Positions 37,658-47,920 of a DNA stretch of 64,000 nucleotides are shown in pieces; within the stretch, counting starts at the first letter, position 1; every line of letters begins with the position of its first letter. The stretch spans positions 32,001-96,000 of the forward strand of contig CAVVMW010000007.1 in the NCBI GenBank assembly GCA_963749495.1. Direction: 5' to 3'. This DNA comes from an uncultured bacterium (lineage in GTDB: Bacteria; Verrucomicrobiota; Verrucomicrobiia; Limisphaerales; UBA8199). The position numbers and the translations under genes are program-made. The notes under the pieces are model-generated. The model saw only the letters and a list, made by a program, of their open reading frames with translations. It was not told where the DNA came from and did no database searches.

Positions 37658-39235
37658 TCACCTCCCGCGCGCGCGCAGCCGTTCGAGCGCGGCGGCCAGC
37701 AGGTCATCGTGGCCGGATGTGAAGGCGCCGGGCTTGGGGTCGAACCGCACTTGGGGCTGAAAGCCCCGCTCGTCCAGTGGCGTGCCATCGGGCAGGTAAT
37801 CGATCCAGCGCGGCACGCTCACCGTCATGTCCAGCGCCAGGTGGATGCTTTCCGGATTGCCGCTCGACCCGCAGGTATGGTCTCCCATGATGACTGCATC
37901 CGGGTCGCCGCTCATCATGGCGACGAACGACTCGTTGCTGCTCATGCATTTCTGCCCAATCAACAAAATCACCGGGCGCTCATAGCGCCAGGGTCCGCGC
38001 GGCCCGACGCTGCGCGGGCGCAGGTCGGTCAGGTCGTTGTGACCGGGGCCGTTGCGGACTTTGCTGTAGCCATAGACGAACTCCGTGGCCAGGAACCGGC
38101 CGGCAACCTCTTGGGCCAGGTCTTCACTGCCTCCGCCGTTGAGGCGCACGTCCAAAACGAGCCCCCGCGTATCGCGCATCTCCTCGAGTGCGGCGTCGCA
38201 CACCGACGGGATGCTCGCATCACTCCAACCGGAAATCGCCAGGAACCCGATCTGATCCGCCGTGGCCACCCACCGGACCACCCCGTCCTCTTTCAACTCC
38301 CCGACAAGGGCGCGGTGCGCCTCCGGATTCGAGTTGGCCGAGCGCGGGCGGTTGAACACCGGCACATTCCGGCCCGCCACCGTGAGCCACACGTGCAAAT
38401 CGCGCAGCGGCTTGAGCATCGTCGCGCAGACCTGGGCAAACTCTTCGGTCGTTTTGCAGTCGAGGGCTTTAGGGCGGTATTGGCGGCGGAGTTGTGCCCA
38501 ATCCACCTCGGGCCGCAGGGCGAACATCGCGTAGTCGCGGTCGAATGCCTCCCACAACTGATCGAAGGCCTGCTCCGCCAACTCCGGCGTCAATGACGGC
38601 GCCTCCTTCAGGGGCCGCCCGGCGAAGGCGGGCACGTACTTAGCCGTGCGCGCCTCGGTATCCACAACGAAGAAGCGGCGCGGACCTCCGGCGGTGTCCG
38701 CGTCCACTGTCAGGTCCTTTGGTTCCGGGATCATCGCCTGCCCGCCCGCGTGCCAGCTCGACGAGAATTTATGGGCCGCGATCCCGCGCGCCTGGGCCAT
38801 CAGGCCAGGGTCGCCCGCGGCTGATGCCACGGTGTCGGGCGGGAACAGCCGGTTGATTTCCTTGGGATGAAAACGCAGCCAGACGTGGGCCACGGCCTCC
38901 GGTTGGTTTTTCACTTCGCTGGTCAGTTTGCCGCCCTCGCGCGGGATGAGCACGGCCCAAACCACCCCGTCGGCGCAATGGCCCACCGCGAGGTCCGATG
39001 GGCCCGCTTCCACGCGAAAACCGTCGCCGACGGCGAACGTGAACCGCAACACGCGGTACACGTCTGCCTCGGTGAACTCCCAGGTCCGTGCCCGGTCAGG
39101 CTGGGCATCGCCCGCTGTCAGCGTCGTGGGATAGCGGTCGAGCAAGTTGACGGATTGGCCGTGAGCCAAGAGCCCCGCCAGGACAACCAGGCACGCCAAC
39201 CCGGACGTTTCGTGCCTCAGGTGGCGCGCGCTCAC
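37658..39235 (-). CDS. S41 family peptidase with novel N-terminal domain
   Basis: LRDLHV, LVLDVRLNGGG, MSSNE, GDHTCGSSG, GFQPQV; GTG start overlaps the upstream stop. Confidence 0.88.
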   Translation of the reverse strand: MSARHLRHETSGLACLVVLAGLLAHGQSVNLLDRYPTTLTAGDAQPDRARTWEFTEADVYRVLRFTFAVGDGFRVEAGPSDLAVGHCADGVVWAVLIPREGGKLTSEVKNQPEAVAHVWLRFHPKEINRLFPPDTVASAAGDPGLMAQARGIAAHKFSSSWHAGGQAMIPEPKDLTVDADTAGGPRRFFVVDTEARTAKYVPAFAGRPLKEAPSLTPELAEQAFDQLWEAFDRDYAMFALRPEVDWAQLRRQYRPKALDCKTTEEFAQVCATMLKPLRDLHVWLTVAGRNVPVFNRPRSANSNPEAHRALVGELKEDGVVRWVATADQIGFLAISGWSDASIPSVCDAALEEMRDTRGLVLDVRLNGGGSEDLAQEVAGRFLATEFVYGYSKVRNGPGHNDLTDLRPRSVGPRGPWRYERPVILLIGQKCMSSNESFVAMMSGDPDAVIMGDHTCGSSGNPESIHLALDMTVSVPRWIDYLPDGTPLDERGFQPQVRFDPKPGAFTSGHDDLLAAALERLRARGR

Positions 39236-40215
39236 TTTGTCGTAAAGCTGATGCTCGACAGTTGGGCCGGCACACCCTCGGCACTGCGGAAGTTCCGAAA
39301 GCTCGGCGCGTTGATGCCGACCCGGTAGTGGTGGCCACTCTCGAGATTCACGGGCAGGACGCACGTCCTGCTGTCCTTCCAATGCGCCCTCTGACCTTGG
39401 GGGGACGGCGGAAACTCCGGCCCGCCGCCGGTCCACGAGAATCCGCCTCCCATGTCCTGATCGAAGGTCACTGTAATCTCCTTCAGGCCGGGATCCACAT
39501 CTGTCGCGCCGTTCGGGGGAGACGTGGAAACGACCTTGGGCGCTCCCCCTGGCTGGCTGGCGCCGGAGGTCATAGATATGCGAGCAGGTTGCCCTTCAAA
39601 CGCTCCGACGTATTCGGCCGTCTTGGCCTGGGTGTCCACCATAAAAAATCGGCGCGGACCGGATTTGGCGTCCACGTCCACCGTCATGGCCTGGGGTTCA
39701 GGGATCATGGCTCTGCCGCTTGAATAATAGCTCCCGCTGAATTTGACCCCCGCGATGCGGCGCATCTGGCTGGCGAGATTGTTGGTCCCCTCCCGGACCG
39801 TGCTGGGCGGGAACAAATGGTTGATCTCCTTGGGGTGAAATCGCAGCCAGATATGGGCAATCTCCTCCTCCGCCTCGCTGCCTTGGCGGGTGAGCTTGCC
39901 GCCCTGGGCTGGGATGAGGATGGCCCAGGTCGCGCCGACCGAGCAATGGCCGATGCCGAGCGTGGCCGGGCCGGTCTCCACCTTCAACTGGTCGCCGACC
40001 ACGAGGCGGAAACGCGAGACCTGGAACAGGTCGTTCGTGGTGAAGGTCCAGGGGCGGGCGTTGGCCGACCCGAGGAGGCCCTTGGTCAGACTCGTGGGAT
40101 AGCGCTCGAGCAAATCCACCGCCCTGGCCGGCATGGACAGAGTGGCGGCCAGCCCCAGCAGGGCCGCGCCGAGCGTGAGTTTTGGAATGGGATTCGTCAG
40201 GTTCTTCATGTTCAA
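39232..40215 (-). CDS. secreted protein: novel domain + bacterial Ig-like domain
   Basis: signal peptide; PKVVSTSPPNGATDVDP..ITVTFDQDM. Confidence 0.82.
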   Translation of the reverse strand: MNMKNLTNPIPKLTLGAALLGLAATLSMPARAVDLLERYPTSLTKGLLGSANARPWTFTTNDLFQVSRFRLVVGDQLKVETGPATLGIGHCSVGATWAILIPAQGGKLTRQGSEAEEEIAHIWLRFHPKEINHLFPPSTVREGTNNLASQMRRIAGVKFSGSYYSSGRAMIPEPQAMTVDVDAKSGPRRFFMVDTQAKTAEYVGAFEGQPARISMTSGASQPGGAPKVVSTSPPNGATDVDPGLKEITVTFDQDMGGGFSWTGGGPEFPPSPQGQRAHWKDSRTCVLPVNLESGHHYRVGINAPSFRNFRSAEGVPAQLSSISFTTK

Positions 40216-40257
40216 CGTTCCTTTAGTGGTTCTTATTGCAGTGTCGGAGCAGTCACT

Positions 40258-43200
40258 TCAATTCAATCCCGAGCTGGTGGTGCCATTGGGGCCGTGCCAC
40301 CCGATGCGGCCGGACATTCGGCCGTTGCTGCCGTCGCTGATCCGCAGGAATCGTTGCTCGTCAGGCTGCGGCTCCTGCTTAAAAAAGAGCGGCTTCGCGC
40401 CGCCGCCCGCGGCCACCGGGGGCTGAAACGCGCTGTCGGCAAGATGCTGGTTCAGGTCCTGGAAGTCGAACCGGACTATCTGGCAGCCATTCGGATGGTA
40501 TTGGACGATTTGCCGGGGCAGGAGCGTCTCTTCATCGATCCACCATTGCGTGAGCGTCGCGAATACAAAGTGCTCCTGGCGGACATCCCACTTTTCAAGC
40601 CGGTGGCAGCGCCGTCCTTCCAGGATGGCGTCGCTTGCCCTGACCAACTCCGCTTCCCCCAGCGCCTCCTCAACCGAGCGATCCGCCAGACCAAACGGGT
40701 CCAGGAGCGCGACTTGTTTTTCGGCCTCCGCCGCGGGCGTCTGTTCCAGCCGTTTCTCGCCTTTGTCATCCTCCGAATACAGCCAACACGTCTGGCCGTC
40801 GCAGCCCAAAATGAACGCCGCGCTCATCAACATTGGGCCGGAGATGTCCGCACACACCTGGTCCTGTCCCTGCCATTTGAACGTCGCCGTTTGGGCCCCG
40901 ATGCTGGTGAACGAGTTCTTCCCCACCTGCAGGTCGATAGTCTGCACGGTCTCGACGCCGGAGTTCAACCGCGCGCGCGCCTCCTTCATCGAGGTGAGCA
41001 GCTTCTGCAAACCGGCATCCTTCGCCGCGGCCTTGGCGCGTTCCACCTGCCGGGCGTCCAGGCTCTCGGTGCTGGTTTGGTAATGCAGCACCACCGGATC
41101 GCTGGCCACCCCTTCCTCGCTATAAAACCCCTTGACCGTCAATCGCACGTCGTCATCCGGCCGCAACAACGCCGGAAAGGTGAACCGATGCGCGGTTGAA
41201 TCATAGTCAAAGCCAGGCAGCAGGCTTGGGCCTTGCATCATCTGTTTGGACTCCACGTAAGGAAACATCCCCTCGGGCGGCCGCATCGGCCGATCGAAGG
41301 CCACCTCGACGAGGGTCAACACCGGTGTCGTGGCGCCCAAGGCCGGCGTGGCGCTCACCACGCGGGGCTTGCCGGCGCCGTCTTTGGACGCCGCCGGCTT
41401 GGTCGAGAAGCTCCAGCGAAACTCATTGGCGGCCACCCCGTGCGCGTCCACAAAACCGTCTCTGGGCCGGGACATGAGTTGCTGCTTGAGTTCCGGCCTC
41501 CTGCCGGAGCGTACCCACATCTCCCGGCCTTGATCATGATTGAGCACCAGCTTGTGTTGCTGCCCTGGCGTCAACCGCACCGGGATAATGAACTCTTTGT
41601 GGTCGGCTGCAACCTGGATGCCGCCATTGAGCTGAAAACCGCCCGCCTGCCATTCGAGTTTCACGTGATACGGGTTCATGGGCCGATCGAAACGAATTCG
41701 CAATTCCGTGGCCGCCTCCACGGCCTTGGCCCCGTTTGCCGGCGCGACGGCAACGACTCGGGCGCAATTCGTGTCCACCTCGGGTTCCTCAGCCGGCTGG
41801 GCGGCCGCCGGAACGCCCTGCCCGGCGAAGCCCGCCGCGTATTCCGCCGTCTGCGCCTCCTTGTCCACCATGAAGAAACGGCGCGGGCCGCCGGTGGTGT
41901 CCACGTCCACCGTCATGTCCTTGGGTTCGGGGATCATGGCGTTGTTCCCCGCGTGCCAACTCGAGTGGAACTTGGCCCCGGCGATGCCGCGCATCTGCTC
42001 CTCCAGGTCGGTCGAGCCGGCGCCCGAAACCGTGTCAGCCGGGAAAATGCCGCCGATTTCGGCCGGATGAAACCTCAGCCAGACATGCGCGATCGTCTCC
42101 TGCCCGGCCTCGGCCGGACTGGTCAACTTCCCCTCCTCGCGCGGAATCAGGACGCCCCAAACCGCCCCGTCGGCGCAATGGCCAATGCCCAGGTCCGAGA
42201 CCCCAGTCTCGACCCGGAATTTCTTCCCCACCTCCAGCGAAAATCGAGTCACCTGGAAAATATCTTCCGCGGTGAATTGCCATGGCCGGGCCCGGCCCGG
42301 CACGGCATCCCCGGCGGTCAATTTCGTCGGGTACTTCTCCAGCAGGTTGATCCCCTTGGCCTGACGTTCCTCGCGCGCGTTGGTCAATGCCAGGCCCGCG
42401 ATGAGCATGGCCACAGCGCACGCCGCCCAGGGCCCACGAGGTCCGGTGCCGCCCCGGGCGATGGCCCGGATGCGCTCCTTGATCTGCGCCTTGCCTTCGC
42501 CAATCCCAACCAGGCCCGGAAGAACGGCCCGCGGCTGCGTGAGCTGATCGAGCACCTTCAGCACCGTCTCCCCATAGGAACTGCGCTCCCCTTGCGGCCT
42601 ACGCGACAGGGCCAGTTCGTCCGTCGCCAACTCCCGGTCCCCTCGCATCCGGGCGAACGCGAACCAGAGCACAGGGTTGAACCAATGCACGATTTGCAGG
42701 ACGCCCATCAACCAGTTCAGTTCCGCGTCCCGCCGCTTGATGTGCGCCAATTCGTGCAGCAGCACGTGGCGAAGCTCCTCCGGCGAGAGGCTCTCGCGCA
42801 AACCGTCCGGCAGCAACAGCCGCTTGCACCACAGCCCATAGACCGCCGGACTTTCCACCTCCTCGGTTTCGATCACCCGCGGACGCTTGTTCACGCCCAG
42901 TGACTCGGCGCACTCCCTGAGCAGTTGGCCCACCCGCTCATCCGGCACGGGCACATAGCTGGAGAGCCGCCGGCGAAAACGCTGGTCCAACCAGATCAGA
43001 CGCACGCTCAGCACCAACACCCCCGCAAGCCAGGCCGCCGCCGCCAGTCCCATCCAGTCTCTTGGCTCCGCGGACGGCAGTGCGGCAGCCCGTTCCTGCC
43101 CCGCGGGCCTTGGCTGAGCCAAACCCGCTTGCGGAATCGGTTCCGCCTGCGGACCACGCAGAAATCCCGATTCATCTCTCCCTTTCTGCGTCGTCCGCGC

Positions 43201-43581
43201 GCTCTGCGGCCTCGTTGCCGCTACAAAGCTCCTCTTGGCTTCCGCCTCATGCGCCGCCACAGCTTGAACGCCCACGCCGTCCGCTTGCGGGTTTGCCAAT
43301 GGAGCCGGGAAGTCGGCGCGCGCGCTGGACGCCGACACCTTCGGCGTCGCTCGCGGGCGCGGCCATTTCGCCAGGTTGAAAACACTCACACCGCTGCTCG
43401 GCGCGATCGGCATCAGTAACCGTGCCACCAGCAAAAACCATAAGCCGTGGCGCCAGCCCGCCGACAGCCGGCGGCGCAACAGAAACTGAGCCAGCAGGAT
43501 CATCCCCGCGATGACAGCCGCCTGCCACGTGGTCTGGAAAACCCACCCGATGAATCCTCCCATGCCAATGGTTGCACTCAT
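40258..43581 (-). CDS. M56 family metallopeptidase (BlaR1-like) with novel domain, two Ig-like domains and LolA-like C-terminus
   Basis: LLHELAHIKRRD, HWFNP..W, ELATDE. Confidence 0.92.
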   Translation of the reverse strand: MSATIGMGGFIGWVFQTTWQAAVIAGMILLAQFLLRRRLSAGWRHGLWFLLVARLLMPIAPSSGVSVFNLAKWPRPRATPKVSASSARADFPAPLANPQADGVGVQAVAAHEAEAKRSFVAATRPQSARTTQKGRDESGFLRGPQAEPIPQAGLAQPRPAGQERAAALPSAEPRDWMGLAAAAWLAGVLVLSVRLIWLDQRFRRRLSSYVPVPDERVGQLLRECAESLGVNKRPRVIETEEVESPAVYGLWCKRLLLPDGLRESLSPEELRHVLLHELAHIKRRDAELNWLMGVLQIVHWFNPVLWFAFARMRGDRELATDELALSRRPQGERSSYGETVLKVLDQLTQPRAVLPGLVGIGEGKAQIKERIRAIARGGTGPRGPWAACAVAMLIAGLALTNAREERQAKGINLLEKYPTKLTAGDAVPGRARPWQFTAEDIFQVTRFSLEVGKKFRVETGVSDLGIGHCADGAVWGVLIPREEGKLTSPAEAGQETIAHVWLRFHPAEIGGIFPADTVSGAGSTDLEEQMRGIAGAKFHSSWHAGNNAMIPEPKDMTVDVDTTGGPRRFFMVDKEAQTAEYAAGFAGQGVPAAAQPAEEPEVDTNCARVVAVAPANGAKAVEAATELRIRFDRPMNPYHVKLEWQAGGFQLNGGIQVAADHKEFIIPVRLTPGQQHKLVLNHDQGREMWVRSGRRPELKQQLMSRPRDGFVDAHGVAANEFRWSFSTKPAASKDGAGKPRVVSATPALGATTPVLTLVEVAFDRPMRPPEGMFPYVESKQMMQGPSLLPGFDYDSTAHRFTFPALLRPDDDVRLTVKGFYSEEGVASDPVVLHYQTSTESLDARQVERAKAAAKDAGLQKLLTSMKEARARLNSGVETVQTIDLQVGKNSFTSIGAQTATFKWQGQDQVCADISGPMLMSAAFILGCDGQTCWLYSEDDKGEKRLEQTPAAEAEKQVALLDPFGLADRSVEEALGEAELVRASDAILEGRRCHRLEKWDVRQEHFVFATLTQWWIDEETLLPRQIVQYHPNGCQIVRFDFQDLNQHLADSAFQPPVAAGGGAKPLFFKQEPQPDEQRFLRISDGSNGRMSGRIGWHGPNGTTSSGLN

Positions 43582-43582
43582 A

Positions 43583-43957
43583 TTATCGCTCCTTGTCCCG
43601 CAAAACGCGCCGAAGCTCCTCGATGTCCTCTTTCGTTAACTCCGCCCGCCGCACGAGGTGAAGGATGGCGGCCGAGGGCGCGCGGCCCAACACACGGTCC
43701 CAAAACGATTCGCTTTCCTGGTGTACGCAGGTCTCCATCAATATCAGCGGCCTGTAAAGATACCGCTTGCCCTCCACCTCCTGCGCCAGCGCCCCCTTGT
43801 TCACCAGCCGCCGCAGCAACGTCCGCACCGTCGCCAGCGTCCACTGCTCCCGCTCGTGCAGTGCCTCCACGATCGCGCTCGCCGCCACGGGCGCCCGCTC
43901 CCACACCACCGCCATCACTTCCCACTCCGCTTTGGTAATTCGGACCGGCGCTTTCAT
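43583..43957 (-). CDS. blaI: BlaI/MecI/CopY family repressor
   Basis: ITKAEWEVM.VVW, TVRTLLRRLVNKG, GKRYLYRP. Confidence 0.92.
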   Translation of the reverse strand: MKAPVRITKAEWEVMAVVWERAPVAASAIVEALHEREQWTLATVRTLLRRLVNKGALAQEVEGKRYLYRPLILMETCVHQESESFWDRVLGRAPSAAILHLVRRAELTKEDIEELRRVLRDKER

Positions 43958-43970
43958 TTCACGGGGGTGA

Positions 43971-44011
43971 TGTTACAGTTGTCACACCCCGCTTATGTTA
44001 CAACTGTAACA
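43971..44011. promoter_or_regulatory. tandem BlaI/CopY operator boxes
   Basis: tgttacagttgtcaca and tgttacaactgtaaca, matching the TACA-NN-TGTA family motif, just upstream of blaI. Confidence 0.85.
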
Positions 44012-44165
44012 GCAGGTCAAGCCTTTTCCTCCTCAAAACACCAACCCTTTTTTGGCAAAGAGCACACCGATTTTGCTCTGCGCCCCGGTACTCGGGCGTC
44101 TTCATGACGATTAGGAGCCTGTCGGAAGGCGTCCATGGCCTTGAGCAAGCGCTCCAGGTCAGGCT

Positions 44166-44561
44166 TCATCCGGGTGAGAGTTTTGCGAACAGGGGATCGT
44201 CGGCAAAGTGCTTCTTGAGGTGCGCCTGCGCCTGCGCCTCGTTCATCGGGTTGTTCAGGCTGCGCCAGGAGTCTTCGAGTTGACGCACCCGCCAGGTGAT
44301 TTCTTCGGCATCGTGCGGAGCGGGATAGTCAGGATCTGTCGCGAGGCCCAGCAGATGGCTGGCGGAGCGCAGCAGCCACCTTAACTCCTGCTGGAATTCA
44401 GCCAGCTTCGCTTCCGAGGGTTCCTGTTCGATAATTTCGCGCCGTTCCCGCCTCCGGAAATCCTCACAAAGGCCAATCCAAACATCGAGAAGTTTCAGGA
44501 CAACAGATGTTCCCCGGTCCCGAATCTGGCTCGGGGGGTTCGATGCCATCGCACCATTCAC
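44166..44561 (-). CDS. hypothetical protein
   Basis: helical, protein-like ORF. Confidence 0.55.
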   Translation of the reverse strand: MNGAMASNPPSQIRDRGTSVVLKLLDVWIGLCEDFRRRERREIIEQEPSEAKLAEFQQELRWLLRSASHLLGLATDPDYPAPHDAEEITWRVRQLEDSWRSLNNPMNEAQAQAHLKKHFADDPLFAKLSPG

Positions 44562-44877
44562 AAGGGCAAGATGCCAAAGCGGACATGGAATTCAAGCCGA
44601 ATCCTCGTCTCCGTCATGTCGTCTTCCTGGGTTCTTCCATGCCGGTGCGCAACGAACCACGCCCCAACGGCGACGCCAACCCCGTCAAAATTCACCAACT
44701 CATTTCTTGCGATCAGCGACGGCGGAACGATCTATTCCTTCACGACCCTGATTTTGCCCCAGAGTTGGGGTGTCAATTCCGCCTCGCTTGGCACGCCGGC
44801 GGTGATGCCGGTCCGTTTGTTGCTCCAAAAAGCATCGACAACCAGATTGGCCAGGCGCACCATCCCGCCGTCACTCC

Positions 44878-46164
44878 ATGAAGCACGGACGATTGAGGGT
44901 CATGTCCAGGCTGCTGCCGGCGCTCCTGGTGGTTCTGTTCAGTGCCGGTCTCAGGCCGTCCGCCCAGTCCGCTGAGCGTCCGCTCTACCAGGCCGAATTG
45001 ATATTCCCGTTGGAGACCTGGCACAACCATGCTTCGTGCATTGTCCAGGCCCCCAATGGCGACCTGCTGGTCTGCTGGTTCCACGGCAGCGGCGAGCGTA
45101 CCGCTGACGACGTGAGAATCGAGGGCGCCCGCCTCCGCCACGGCACGCGCCAGTGGAGCGCGCGCTTTACGATGGCCGACACCCCCGGTTTTCCCGATGG
45201 CAACCCCTGCATGTTCATCGACCCGCGCGGCCGGCTCTGGCTAATCTACACAACGATCCTGGCCAACACCTGGGAAAGCGCCTTGCTCAAGGTGCGGATC
45301 AGCCACGACTATCTGCGGGCGGGTCCTCCGCGCTGGGAATCCAGTGAAGTCCTTCACATCAAGCCGGGGCCGGAATTCGGGGCCGAGGTCGGGCGGCGGC
45401 TTCCAGGACTTGAAACGGAAGCGGGGGCGGGCAAGCTCAGCGACGCAGCGCGCCAGGCGGCAGAGGGCTTCCTCAATGCCCTGCGCCGGCACGCCAATGA
45501 CAAGCTTTACCAGAGGCTGGGGTGGATGACACGCGCCCATCCATTCGTGCTGGAGGGCCGCCGGCTCATCGTGCCGCTCTACCACGACGGGTTCTCGTTT
45601 TCGCTCATGGCCATCACCGATGACTGGGGCCAGACCTGGCACACGAGCGCCCCGCTGGTCGGCGCAGGCAACATCCAGCCCAGCATCGTTCGCCGCCACG
45701 ACGGCTCACTCTACACCTTGATGCGGGACAACGGCCCGCCGCCCAAGCGCCTGCACCAGAGTGAGTCCCGCGATCGCGGCGAGACCTGGTCGCCGGTCAC
45801 CGACAGCGACTTGCCCAACCCCGGGTCGGGCGCCGAGATCATTGCCATGCGCAACGGGCACTGGGTCCTGATTTCCAACGATACCGAAAGAGGCCGCCAC
45901 CAACTGGCTGTGCAAGTCTCCGACGATGAGGGCCGCACCTGGAAATGGAAGCGTTACCTCGAGCGGGACGCGCCCGGACCCGAAGCGGGCAGCTATCACT
46001 ATCCCAGCATCATCCAGGCAAAAGACGGCACCCTGCACGCCAGTTACAGTTACCACCTGAACCGCCGGACTCTGCCGAAGGATGTTGATGGCGACCCGGC
46101 CGCAAAGTCCATCAAGCACGCGCACCTCAACCAAGCTTGGATCACGGAGTCCGGGAACCCATGA
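44878..46164 (+). CDS. sialidase/BNR-repeat family protein
   Basis: HASCIV, Asp boxes TDDWGQTW, SRDRGETW, SDDEGRTW, YHYPS. Confidence 0.88.
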   Translation: MKHGRLRVMSRLLPALLVVLFSAGLRPSAQSAERPLYQAELIFPLETWHNHASCIVQAPNGDLLVCWFHGSGERTADDVRIEGARLRHGTRQWSARFTMADTPGFPDGNPCMFIDPRGRLWLIYTTILANTWESALLKVRISHDYLRAGPPRWESSEVLHIKPGPEFGAEVGRRLPGLETEAGAGKLSDAARQAAEGFLNALRRHANDKLYQRLGWMTRAHPFVLEGRRLIVPLYHDGFSFSLMAITDDWGQTWHTSAPLVGAGNIQPSIVRRHDGSLYTLMRDNGPPPKRLHQSESRDRGETWSPVTDSDLPNPGSGAEIIAMRNGHWVLISNDTERGRHQLAVQVSDDEGRTWKWKRYLERDAPGPEAGSYHYPSIIQAKDGTLHASYSYHLNRRTLPKDVDGDPAAKSIKHAHLNQAWITESGNP

Positions 46165-47696
46165 AACCCGCGTTCTTTCTACTACAGTGTGATGGTTCCG
46201 GCCCTCCGGACCAACGGCACGCAGGGAACCACCTGGCCGGCTGACTCGACATCGGGAACGCCAATCCCCATCAACCGGTTCCACGTGGCGCATCCGGAAG
46301 CGGACTCTGCGGCCAGCATCAATGCCGCGCTGGACCGCGGCAAAAACCTGCTGTTGACTCCCGGCATCTATACTCTGGAGAGCGCCATCCCGATCACGAG
46401 GCCGAGCACGCCCTCAAAGACAAACGAGCCGTCGCCGCCCAGGTCCACATTCGGCAGCGTGTCCCAGGCCTCCCTTGCGGTCGAGCATGGCGCGCAGCCC
46501 CGCCGGCAGCGGTTTGCCATCGGACAACACGACCCTGCCCGCAACCCGGAAGGCGGGCTTGATGGCCAGGTCTCCGTCCGTTCGCATCCGTCGTCGCCAC
46601 AGGTTCGATGCCCTCGACGGCGCCATAAGCAACCCCGCCGCCTTCAGTGTGGAGGGCGTCGAAATCAACCTCTGCGTGAGGAACGGGCTGCCCCTGGGGA
46701 TCAAGGACACGGCCCAGCAGCTTGTTTCTGGGGCCGAGTTTGGCCAGAGGCTGCCTTTCGAGCCGGGCGCTCACCGGCCCCTTGGCCGGGTCCACCTTGG
46801 ACACGAACTGCGGCCGATAGCCGGGCGCGGCCACCAGGAGACGAAACAGGAGAGTGGGGTCGAACGACTCGATCTTGAAGTTTCCTTGAGCGTCCTCCGT
46901 GGCGCTCTTGCGGCAATCCGCATAGCACCCCGGTCAGAGCGTCCCCCGGCCCACCTTGGGGCCGGCGCTATAGACGAAGATAGTTGCCTCGGGCACCGGC
47001 GAACCGTCCTGTGTGAGGACGCGGCCGGTCAGGTTGGGCCGAGGGGCATTCGTGGAGCCCGCCAGGGCTTCGCCGGCGGCCATGGCGGAGAGCGCGAAAG
47101 AAGCAAACCAGGTTTTCACAGCACATCCGGGTAATTCAATCGCCGCCACGCTTTTACCACGGTTCGGCGGTGTCGGCAAGGACAGAAAGAATTGCAAGCT
47201 TCTGATGTCAGCCAGGCGGACATGCGTGAGACAACATTTTGAAGGTCTCCAACCATTGTCGCCGATCTTCTGGGGAGGCGTCCTTTTTTTGAATCGCAGC
47301 AAAGGCCACTTGCGCGTCATCTGGAAACTTTTGCATCGCTTCCTGAAGCAACGTCGGGTCGCCGGTGGCGCGAAAGGCGGCGAGGAGACTGGCGGCACTG
47401 CGCCGGTTTTCTTTGAGGTAAGACTCAAGTTGTTCGGGCTTCAACTGCAGCGTCTTATCTGAGTGGACAAGCTGGAGGATTTGTTTGGTGGACTGCGGAT
47501 TATGCGGGGGTGGTTCAGCAGGTGTGATGGCCATCTGCATTTGCGGTGCGGGCAGGCGTGGGGTGGGTCTGGTTGAAAGAGTGGCGAATCGTTTCACCGC
47601 GTCGTTGCGCTCGCTGGTCAGTTGTTGCCGCTCGGCAATCAGTTTCTGGTTTTCGCCACGCAATCGGGCGGCTTGCTGGGCTTCATAAATAGCCAA
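46161..47696. pseudogene. cluster of short gene fragments (carboxypeptidase-regulatory-like repeats, ECF-sigma tail)
   Basis: GRVLDPQGQPV, GRVLTQDGSPVPEA, IYEAQQAARLR segments in broken frames. Confidence 0.45.
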
Positions 47697-47920
47697 CTGG
47701 AAAGAGCTTTCTCATGGCGCAACTGTACTGCCTTTTTTGCCAGAAGGACGAAGACGGCTTCGTCTCGCCCGTCGCCGTTGAGATCGGCGCTGGCGGAGCC
47801 GATCACACTTCCGGGAGCAGGCATGGGCAGACGTTCAACGCTTCCCTGTGGCGCCTCCCGCGGCCCCATGCCTCACAGTTTTCGGTTGCGGCACGACGGG
47901 AGGAGTGAAAAGCTGCGCCG

